A DNA stretch of 50,655 bases from an uncultured Acetobacteraceae bacterium (GTDB taxonomy: Bacteria > Pseudomonadota > Alphaproteobacteria > Acetobacterales > Acetobacteraceae). The translations under genes were made by a program, and so were the position numbers. The stretch is taken from contig CAXTRX010000001.1 in assembly GCA_964246785.1 (NCBI GenBank), positions 2,592 to 53,246 on the forward strand, given 5' to 3'. Shown in pieces: positions 1-8,189 of this stretch. Under the pieces are notes generated by a model that was not told where the DNA came from, made no database searches, and worked only from the letters and a program-made list of their open reading frames with translations. Each line of letters opens with the position of its first letter. Positions within the stretch are counted from its first letter, which is position 1.

Positions 1-1
1 G

Positions 2-1504
2 TCCCACGCGCCGCCGTCGAGCCTGGCCGATTGGCTGCGCGGGGTGCGGGAGGCGGTGGCCGGGCGCCTCATGGCGGGCTTGCCGGGAGCTGAGGGCGCA
101 GTGGCCGCCACCGTGCTCACCGGGCTCGGGACCGCGATCCCGCCGGATGACCGTGCTGCGTTTCGAGACTCGGGGCTGGCGCATCTGCTGGCGGTCGCCG
201 GGTTGCACATTGGGATCGTCATGGGCCTAGTGATGGGAGCAACCCGGCTTGCTTTGGCCTTGTCGGAATGGGCAGCACTGCGTTGGCCTTGCAAGCAAAT
301 TGCGGCGGTGGCGGCGCTGGTGGCGGGGGCCGGTTACGTGTTGCTCACCGGGATGCACGTTCCGGTGCTGCGCTCGTTCGCCATGGCCGCGTTGGTGACG
401 CTCGGGATCGCGGTCGGACGCCGGGCCATTTCGATGCGGGGCCTGGCGCTGGCCGCTATGGTGCTGATGACGGTGTCGCCGCAAGAGGTTGTCGGCGTTT
501 CCTTCCAGATGAGCTTTGCTGCCGTGCTGGCGCTGATTGCGGGGTATGAGGCATTGCGCCCGGCTTTGGGGCGGTTGCACCAACGCCGCCTGCTGCATCA
601 TCTGGCCACGCTGATGCTCACCAGCCTGCTGGCCGGCGCGGCGTCGGCGCCGTTCGCGGCGTTCCATTTTGGCCGGGTGCAGCTCTACTTCGTGCTGGGC
701 AACATGGTGGCGGTGCCGATCTTTGCTGCCGCCGTGATGCCATTGGGCTTACTGGCGTTGTCGCTGATGCCGCTTGGCATGGAGCGGGTGGCGCTGATCC
801 CGATGGGTTGGGCGCTGGACGCCGTGCTTCGGATCGCCCACGCCGTAGCCGCACTGCCGGCCGCGGTGGTGGCCGTGCCGCACATGCCGGGCTGGAGCTT
901 GGCGGTCATTGGCTTCGGTCTGGCCTGGCTTGGGCTATGGCGGTCACCGCTGCGGCTGGCGGGCGTGCCGGTGATGGCGGCGGGGATGCTGGCCGCCTGG
1001 GTCAGCTCCCCGGCCGACCTGCTGGTTTCGGCTGACGCGCGGCTGATCGGTTTTCGCAGGCCGGCTGTGGTACAGGCGCGGCCTGGCGCGTCCAAGTTCG
1101 AGCGGGACGCCTGGTCGCAATACTGGGCCGAGCCGCTGACCGCCTCGTTGCCTGCGAGTGCCGCGTTGCAACCCGTTGTTTGTGATGGAGATGCCTGCCG
1201 GATTGGACAGGGCGGGGCCACGGTTCTGCTGGCCCGCAGCCTGCACCCGGTGGACTGCAGCGGCGTGGCCTTGTTGGTGTCCGCCGAGCCGGCGCGCGAC
1301 CTTTGCCCGGCGATCCCGCGCATCGACCGGTTCACCGTGTGGCGGGATGGTGCTCATGCGGTGTGGCTGCGGAACGGGGTGGCCACGATAGTGTCCGACC
1401 GTGCGGCGCGAGGCACCCGCCCGTGGGTGCCGCCCCCGCCCATTCCTGCGGCCAGCCGGACGACGCTGCCGCTGGCACAGGAGGATGGCGGCGGAGGCTC
1501 CTAG
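2..1504 (+). CDS. comEC: ComEC/Rec2 family competence membrane protein (5' end outside window)
   Basis: Frame open from window edge; motifs GLAHLLAVAGLHIG and SFQMSFAAV in a multi-TM protein; TAG stop supplied by a CTAG repeat end at 1501-1504. Confidence 0.9.
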   Translation, partial: SHAPPSSLADWLRGVREAVAGRLMAGLPGAEGAVAATVLTGLGTAIPPDDRAAFRDSGLAHLLAVAGLHIGIVMGLVMGATRLALALSEWAALRWPCKQIAAVAALVAGAGYVLLTGMHVPVLRSFAMAALVTLGIAVGRRAISMRGLALAAMVLMTVSPQEVVGVSFQMSFAAVLALIAGYEALRPALGRLHQRRLLHHLATLMLTSLLAGAASAPFAAFHFGRVQLYFVLGNMVAVPIFAAAVMPLGLLALSLMPLGMERVALIPMGWALDAVLRIAHAVAALPAAVVAVPHMPGWSLAVIGFGLAWLGLWRSPLRLAGVPVMAAGMLAAWVSSPADLLVSADARLIGFRRPAVVQARPGASKFERDAWSQYWAEPLTASLPASAALQPVVCDGDACRIGQGGATVLLARSLHPVDCSGVALLVSAEPARDLCPAIPRIDRFTVWRDGAHAVWLRNGVATIVSDRAARGTRPWVPPPPIPAASRTTLPLAQEDGGGGS

Positions 1505-1538
1505 AGCCTGATCGTATCAGCTTGAACCGAGCTGACGC
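1501..1538. repeat. Partial (left-arm) copy of the 107-bp CTAG MITE/RIME-like element
   Basis: First 14 nt CTAGAGCCTGATCG identical to the elements at 24964 and 31181, followed by the equivalent hairpin TCAGCTTG-AAC-CGAGCTGA. Confidence 0.7.
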
Positions 1539-1770
1539 CGCATAGTCGGATGCCGATCGTGCATCGTTGGCCGGGGCCGCGGGTGCAACTACCGGCACGT
1601 CGCCGCCGGTAGCCGCTCGCGCTTGGGCTTCACGCGACTGCTCCCCGGCGAACGCCAGCACGCCATGCACCCCCGATTGCACGATTATGCTACCGCCTGA
1701 CCCCACTCAGCCCTCGGTGGAAAACCACCCACCACCAGACTAAACAGGGACAACGTCTTGGTAGCGACAG

Positions 1771-2835
1771 CTAGGTCTGCACGCGGCTGTTACGATCCTG
1801 CGCAGCGCGCTTCCCGAATGGCCAACGCCGGATGACCGCTAGCGCCAGCCGGGTTAGTGCCGGCATGGTGGTGGGGCGGAGCAGGCGCTTGTCATAGCCG
1901 GCGAAGCGGCGTTTGTTTTCAGCCAGGCAGAGCGCCATCAGGTCGGCCACGCTGAGGTCGACATCGCTCACAGCCTTGCTGCCGTTGAGGGTGAAATTAT
2001 GGTCCTGCGGCTTGCCCGATTGAGCGCCTGCCACTGTGGCGCCTTCGTCCACGCTGCGGGCCAAGCCCATGCGCTCCCAACCGAGAAACACCCAGGCGGC
2101 GGCCACCTGTAGCTCGAACCAGGGACGGCGCCACGCGGGCAGGTTGCATCGATGCCAGGCCAGCCAATTGGCGAACAACAGGATGTGGCGGCATTCCTCC
2201 TGGATCACCGGCTCGAACGTATCGACCAGGGCAGGGGGGAAGTAGCCGGAACGCTGCGCCATCGCAAACAGGCCAAACGCGAAAAAACTGTCGATGCACT
2301 CACTGAAGCCGGTGACCAGGTAGGCCCAATGGGCGTTCTTGGGCGGCGGATACGGCGGTTCCGGCTCGAGCGTGATGCCATAGGCAGCCACTAGATTGGA
2401 CAGGACGGTTTTGTGGCGGCCTTCCTCCCAGCCATTCAGCTCGACGGCGGCGCGCCAGTCCGGGTGGGTCAGCGAGTAGGCATAGGCCAGCATGCGGATA
2501 CGCGCCTTGCCTTCGGTCTGCACCGCGATGTCCCAAATCGGCAGGCTTATCAGCCGGTCGCGCGCTGCTGGCTCAAGCTTCGGCCAGTCGATGATCGTGG
2601 GCTTATAGGGATTGAACGTGTCTCGGAACATGCGGGCGGTGGCACGGGCATGGGCTGGCGTGCCCGGTTGGAGCGGCCCGGCGTCGTCGCTGGTCCAATA
2701 CCGGGCACGCTGGTCGGCATCCGCAACGACGGTGGGGTCGCTTGCGGCCAAGGGTTGAAGCTCCAGCCCGCCGGGGGGCGGGCCCATGGCCGGGCTGACC
2801 GGCAACAGGTCGGGCGCACATTGGGTCGCACTCAT
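1771..2835 (-). CDS. Ferritin-like (di-iron four-helix) domain protein
   Basis: 354 aa; two ExxH motifs (WEEGRH, QEECRH), each preceded by a candidate Glu ligand (QTEG, FSEC). Confidence 0.75.
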   Translation of the reverse strand: MSATQCAPDLLPVSPAMGPPPGGLELQPLAASDPTVVADADQRARYWTSDDAGPLQPGTPAHARATARMFRDTFNPYKPTIIDWPKLEPAARDRLISLPIWDIAVQTEGKARIRMLAYAYSLTHPDWRAAVELNGWEEGRHKTVLSNLVAAYGITLEPEPPYPPPKNAHWAYLVTGFSECIDSFFAFGLFAMAQRSGYFPPALVDTFEPVIQEECRHILLFANWLAWHRCNLPAWRRPWFELQVAAAWVFLGWERMGLARSVDEGATVAGAQSGKPQDHNFTLNGSKAVSDVDLSVADLMALCLAENKRRFAGYDKRLLRPTTMPALTRLALAVIRRWPFGKRAAQDRNSRVQT

Positions 2836-2962
2836 AGGGTCGCACTCCTCTGCCGCGACCGCCCCATCTTAACGCCGCCGCGATCATAACAACGACATGG
2901 ATTGGTCCGGCAGACAGAGCCGAGCATTGCGACCTTAAAGCCCGTTTCGCGGGATAAAAGCC

Positions 2963-3241
2963 CTAAACCCAATGGCCAGGGATGAAGCGGCCCCAGCGGT
3001 TATAGTGTGGGTGTATCCAACGGGCACCCGGGTAGGGCGCGTAAACCACGCGCGGCGCCGGCGCAAGGACCACCGGCGGGGCAACAACCACCGGCGGCGG
3101 TGCGACCACAACCGGGGCGGGTGCGACAATGACGCCGGGTGCTAGGTAGTAGGCCTTGGCGGGTTGGGTGAGCGTCAGAGTGCCGAGGCCACAAGCCAGG
3201 CCAAGAGCGGCGATACGGGAAAAGCGCGAAAGGAAGCGCAT
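2963..3241 (-). CDS. Small secreted Pro/Val-repeat protein (PXPV-repeat-like, aromatic C-tail)
   Basis: Signal-peptide-like N-terminus ending AKA; tandem VVVAPP repeats; tail HYNRWGRFIPGHWV; AGGAG RBS upstream. Confidence 0.75.
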   Translation of the reverse strand: MRFLSRFSRIAALGLACGLGTLTLTQPAKAYYLAPGVIVAPAPVVVAPPPVVVAPPVVLAPAPRVVYAPYPGARWIHPHYNRWGRFIPGHWV

Positions 3242-3764
3242 GGCGGGTCTCCTTTAGTGGTTTGTTGCCAACCCAGTATGGGGAGCGACTGCATTGCAAT
3301 CCGCAACAAAAAGCATCGTTCTGCGTCAGAGTTGGCCGGCATTTGCTATCGATTTAGCCTGCAGGAGGCGGCGACCCACTTGCTAGCATACCTAGGATGG
3401 TCATGCCATTACCAGGCCTTGCGAGAGCTTTGTGCGCGCCTGGCGGTCGTGGGCCGCGGATGCGCTCGATAGCCGGTGATCGCCCTTGCGTCTGGCCGAC
3501 GCGTGCGCCGGCGCTTTGGTGACGCCGACATGCCGCTTGTCGCACAGGCTTTGGCATTATTACCATCCTTGTGTCCGACCAATTTGCATTGGCGACTGAC
3601 GCGTGAGATCGCGCTGCTCGCCAGGCTGCGTAGCGAGCGAAGCAACGGGCGCTGCGGCACCGATAAGTCGGCGTCGCAAGCATGCCAGCCGGTTACTGAC
3701 CCGCATGAGCGACCGGAAGGAGGATGCGCGGCGCGAAAGCGTCACGGGGCAGACGGGAGTCGAT

Positions 3765-5034
3765 GCTGTTGGTACGGTTTTGCGGCGCCCGACGTATTGC
3801 TGCGGAGTCAGAAGGTTGCCGTTTGGATGGCTTGAAACGGCTACAGCCTTTGGTCGCTGTGTTGCCGCTGTCTCGGGGCGCCAGGGCAGATCGCGTCCGT
3901 GCTCGTGGTGGAATAGCGCACGGCCGAGCGGGCGACGTATCGCAATGGGTATCGCGACCCGACGCTGGACACGCGGCCGGGCAGCCTGCAGCTGCGGATC
4001 CCCACGCTGCGGCAAGGCAGCTACTTCCCGCCGGTCCTGGACCCGCGCAAGACGTCGGAGAAGGCCCTGGTTGCCGTTATTCAAGAGGCCTGGATCGGCG
4101 GCATCTCGACCCGGCGGGTGGGCGACCTGGTGCAAGCGATGGGACTGGCCGGGATCAGCAACAGCACGGTGAGCAAGCAATGTTCGGACATCGACGACCG
4201 GGTGAACGCCTTCCTCGAACGTCCTTACGTCGGCAGGCCGTATCTGTGGCTGGATGCCACCTACCTCAAGCAGCGTGAGGGCGGGCAGATCAGGACGGTG
4301 GCGGTGATAATCGCCGTGGCGGTGAATACCAAGGGCAAACGGGAGATTGTGGGCCTGCATATCGGGCCTTTGGAGGTGGAGATGTTCTGGTCGATGATCC
4401 TGCAAAGCCTGGTCAAGCGCGGCCTGCGCGGCACCAAGCTGGTGACCTTGGACGCGCACGAAGGCCTTAAGTCGGCGATCCGCCGGGTGCTCGCCTCGAC
4501 GTGGCAAAGAGGCCGCGTTCACTGATGCGAAACGCGCAGGCCTAGGTGCTCTAAGGCGAGCAGAATAGGGTGTCGGCCCCCTTGCGGCAGGCGTTCATCC
4601 AACTGGACCATCATAACCCCAGCCAGACCATGCGTCACGTCGCCGACTAGCTCCGCGACAAGTGGCCCAAGTTCGGCGCATTCATCGACGACAGCGAAGC
4701 CGACGTGTTGGCTCACATGAACATCCCCCGCCCAGCACCGGGCGAAGACCCACAGCACGAACCCCATCGAGCGGCTTGATAAGGAGGTCAAACGCCGGGC
4801 CAATGTCGTCGGCATCTTAACCAACGAGGGCGCCATCATCAGGCTGCTCGGCGCGGTCCTGCTAGAGGTCAACGACAAGTGGCAGCTCCAGCACCGCTAC
4901 ATGCAGACGGAGGCTATGGCCGAACTCGCGCCGCCGAAAATCGGGGCCATGCCCACCACGATCGCCGCCATAGCCGCGTGAACCCTGACAATCTCAACGA
5001 CACCCCGAGTTCCACCACGTTGACGGAAACGATT
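3765..5034 (+). mobile_element. Degenerate IS256-family insertion sequence (ends approximate)
   Basis: Contains a decayed IS256 transposase; flanks GGTACGGTTTTGCGGCG (3771) and TTCCACCACGTTGACGG (~5010) resemble IS256-type ends from memory, but the match between them is weak. Confidence 0.7.
3917..4981 (+). pseudogene. IS256-family transposase pseudogene
   Basis: Motifs YRNGYRD..DTR.GSLQLRIP, YLWLDATYLK, DAHEGLK, WQR.RVH, HSTNPIERL.KEVKRR; N-terminus missing; frameshift at ~4524; in-frame stops at 4543, 4552, 4648. Confidence 0.92.
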
Positions 5035-5160
5035 CCAGGGCAGACTGGCGTTGGATGACGCCAGAGACAACACGGTGCCCGACATGCAGGTTGCAGCGAG
5101 CAGCAAGCGCCATCGCCCGGCCGAGTTTGTCTCGGCGGTGGGGCGAACCACGCCGACCTG

Positions 5161-6174
5161 TTAGGCCGGTGAACAGTAAGCATTTGTACTGATCGTCTGT
5201 TGCTTAATCGCGGGAGCAAAGCGGCTCAGCATGACGCCCGGCAAAGGGTTATCCGACGCAAGCAGCGGACTTGGTTGATGCCGAAGATTTTCCAGAAAGA
5301 AGGCTGAGACTAAGGCTTGAACGACCGGATTGCCGCCTCCCCGGTCGGTAAAGTCGTCATGTTGAAGGCCATTAATCTGAGCAAACAATCCCCCAATCGT
5401 GGCCATCCGAATGCGTAAGCAAGCCGCGTCCCGTTCGTCCATGATTTCTTCTGGTTGTGACGCGGGTCGAGCCCGGTCTGGATATGGCTCGCCGCTCAGG
5501 ACCATATTCGGTTGCGGCCCGGGAGTGCGAGCTGCTCTACCGAACTGCCAGCCGTCCATATTAACACAAGCAAGAAAGCGCCGATCACGCCGACACATTT
5601 CGCCAGCCACTGCCCCACCAAAGGAATATCCTAACGCGCCCAATCCAGCAGCGTCAACCGCTTGCGGGAGTTGATTCAGACTTGCGACTGCATCCTCAGC
5701 CAGAACAACAACCCGCCAATCTGCATTTGCCACGGTTTGGTCGAGCGTATCCGAAGTGCTAAAATCGAGCGGTAACTTCAAGCGGGCAGCTATCGGCGTA
5801 AACTCCGCCGGTTGCGCTGTACGCAAATCGATGGCCACTACATCGAAGCCTTGAGCAGCAAGGCTTGATGCGAGGACACTATTCTCATCTGCAGAGCCAT
5901 TCCATCCTGGCTCATAAACGATCAATGGTCGGGCGGCGATGCCTTGTCCGGGCCAGAAAAGAACTCGCACGCGGTGGCTTGGAATATCTTCCCTCGCAGG
6001 CAGGGTTATGACCTGCGAAAGGGGCCGAACGGCAGCGCTGCTGCGTAAACACCCAATCTCACCAATCGCAACCAAGGCAAAGCAAGGCAGCCAGCGAATA
6101 GCCGCGACACGCGCTAGCTTCACGAGCCATCCCGCCCAGCCTTGACTGGCTGCCCTCGTTGATACTGGTCTCAC
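5161..6174 (-). CDS. Alpha/beta hydrolase (PAF-acetylhydrolase/chlorophyllase-like) with hydrophobic N-terminus
   Basis: Nucleophile elbow GYSFGG, NMDGW, C-terminal His (LQHDDF); 4-nt overlap with upstream NRPS gene. Confidence 0.8.
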   Translation of the reverse strand: MRPVSTRAASQGWAGWLVKLARVAAIRWLPCFALVAIGEIGCLRSSAAVRPLSQVITLPAREDIPSHRVRVLFWPGQGIAARPLIVYEPGWNGSADENSVLASSLAAQGFDVVAIDLRTAQPAEFTPIAARLKLPLDFSTSDTLDQTVANADWRVVVLAEDAVASLNQLPQAVDAAGLGALGYSFGGAVAGEMCRRDRRFLACVNMDGWQFGRAARTPGPQPNMVLSGEPYPDRARPASQPEEIMDERDAACLRIRMATIGGLFAQINGLQHDDFTDRGGGNPVVQALVSAFFLENLRHQPSPLLASDNPLPGVMLSRFAPAIKQQTISTNAYCSPA

Positions 6175-8189
6175 ACGATTGCTGCCTTAATATGCTTGGC
6201 AATCGCCAAATCTCGATCGGCCGCTGGTAGCCGTATGATCTCGACCGGCCCTGTTAGCTGTCGGAGGCACCGAGCCACTTCGTCAACCTGGCGGGCCTCG
6301 CCGAAGAGCATGACTCGACCAGCAAACCTCGGTCGGCTTGCAACCCGGCGCAGCCTCGACACGATGCCTAAACGCGAAGACGCTACGGCGTCAATCAAGG
6401 CCAAAATAACTTTACGCCCTTTTTGATCAAGCGACGACGCTAACGAGGCTGCTGCAGCGGCGTCTAGACCATTTGCAACCAAGACAAGGCAATCCTCAGA
6501 GTACGCGGCGATACTCTCAATGGCGGAAGTAAACCCAATCGTTGTGAATGGACTTGCGGAACTGATTTCGGCAGCAAGTGTCTGCCATAGAGTGGAGTTT
6601 CCTAGACCGATGACCCGGCTGCTCGCGCGACTTGGCTCCGGTAGAGTTAAATGGTTCGCATTGTCCGCATGTTTTTCCACACGGCGTGCAAGCCCGCCTA
6701 ACGTTGGCTCGGAAAACAAGTCCGCCATTGTCACTCGACATCCGAACGCAGCTTCTATGCGCGACAGCAAGCGTGCAGCTAGTAGTGAATGTCCACCCAC
6801 ATCAAAGAAGTTGTCGCTGGCGCTTGCACTGTCGAGTCCCAAAACCTCCTGCCATATTTCTGAGAGACGGGCGGGGAACTGCGACGTACCGGTCAGGACT
6901 ATTGGCTTACCTGCTAAGGCCGCAATCCAATCGTCTAGCATTGCCTGAACCGTTGAAGCGCGGTATCGAGCGGTATCGTATTCGCAGGATGCCCGCCACC
7001 CATCAGGTCGCTCTACCATGAAAAAGTTCAGGTCGTACAATGCTCCTGCAGAGTAGCTCGGCATGTCGACAAGCCTGACATGGCCCCGGGGCGCTGGTTT
7101 GACAAATGAGCGCTGGAAAATCATGTTCACTGAGTACAATGGCGTTCGGCTATGATCCCGCTTGGGATTGAGCGTCTGGATCAGCATCTCAAATGGAAAT
7201 TGGCCGTGTTCCAATGCCTCGGAAACGACGATCGCAGTTCGCCGGACAAAGTTCTGCCAGTTAGAACGTAGCGAGAGATCGAGCCGGAGCACAATCGTGT
7301 TGATAAAACACCCAACCATTGGCTCAAGCTCAACTTCATCACGATTTGCGATCTGGGTTCCAATCGCAATATCATCGGCTCCAATACGGGTTTGAAGCAC
7401 ACACCCAAGCGCAGCAAGAGCAACTGTGAATGGTGTGCAGCCGTGCTGGCTAGCGAATTTAACCAGGTCTGTCGCGATGTCGCCCGGGAGCATCGCCGCT
7501 ACGATGGCTCCGGGCCCGCGCTTGGTCGATGAGTAATCCGGCGGTACCGAAGCATAAGGCAAGTCCGCTAGTTGTTGGAGCCAATAGGCTTGAGCCGGCG
7601 ATAAAGCCGAACTTGCCAGCCAGGCCCGTTGCCACTCAGCATAGTCGCCATACTGGAGCGCCAACGCCGGCAGATTTTCACCGGCGAGCGCACTTATAAA
7701 CTCCTCGGCCAATACGCCGATGGACCATCCATCACATATGGCGTGATGCAAGGTCAGTAGCATGCGGGAGACGCCTGGCCCAAGCGTGATCAGGCTCACA
7801 CGCATGAGTGGCGGTGTCTGGAGGATGAATGGGGTCATCGCTTCAGCACGACCCAAACGCTCTGCCTCAAGAAGGCGTTCGGCTTCCGACAGTTCCGTAA
7901 GGTCAATATGTGTCAGATGAAAGCCAGCCGTTGAGTAAAGCACCTGGATTGGCAGCCCGTCTATCGCCTTCAATCCTGTCCGCAGGATCTCGTGCCGGTC
8001 TATCACGCGGCGCCACGCTTCCTCGGCTTGATCCGGTGTCACCGACCCAAGTAGCGTCCACTGCACTGCGACGTTGAGGGCGGCTCTTCCAGGATCGAGT
8101 TCTTCCAGCAGCCAGAACCTGGTTTGCGCAAGTGAGGCAGGGAAATGGACGCTTTCCTCCGCCCGATTAAAGATGCTGCCATCCATCAC
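6171..8189 (-). CDS. NRPS-like protein: condensation domain - PCP - degenerate thioesterase-like tail
   Basis: C1 PASLAQTRFW, catalytic HHAICDGWS, VGCFINT; PCP DNFFDVGGHSL; no A domain; start overlaps upstream stop. Confidence 0.9.
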   Translation of the reverse strand: MMDGSIFNRAEESVHFPASLAQTRFWLLEELDPGRAALNVAVQWTLLGSVTPDQAEEAWRRVIDRHEILRTGLKAIDGLPIQVLYSTAGFHLTHIDLTELSEAERLLEAERLGRAEAMTPFILQTPPLMRVSLITLGPGVSRMLLTLHHAICDGWSIGVLAEEFISALAGENLPALALQYGDYAEWQRAWLASSALSPAQAYWLQQLADLPYASVPPDYSSTKRGPGAIVAAMLPGDIATDLVKFASQHGCTPFTVALAALGCVLQTRIGADDIAIGTQIANRDEVELEPMVGCFINTIVLRLDLSLRSNWQNFVRRTAIVVSEALEHGQFPFEMLIQTLNPKRDHSRTPLYSVNMIFQRSFVKPAPRGHVRLVDMPSYSAGALYDLNFFMVERPDGWRASCEYDTARYRASTVQAMLDDWIAALAGKPIVLTGTSQFPARLSEIWQEVLGLDSASASDNFFDVGGHSLLAARLLSRIEAAFGCRVTMADLFSEPTLGGLARRVEKHADNANHLTLPEPSRASSRVIGLGNSTLWQTLAAEISSASPFTTIGFTSAIESIAAYSEDCLVLVANGLDAAAAASLASSLDQKGRKVILALIDAVASSRLGIVSRLRRVASRPRFAGRVMLFGEARQVDEVARCLRQLTGPVEIIRLPAADRDLAIAKHIKAAIV

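Noticed and set aside
1332-1706. 124-aa minus-strand ORF downstream of the ferritin-like gene
   Set aside because: Overlaps comEC and the repeat; no recognisable motif or clear RBS
3250-3760. Several short ORFs between the Pro/Val protein and IS256
   Set aside because: No frame gives a recognisable protein; possibly decayed island DNA
3560-4522. 320-aa minus-strand ORF
   Set aside because: Antisense shadow of the IS256 transposase
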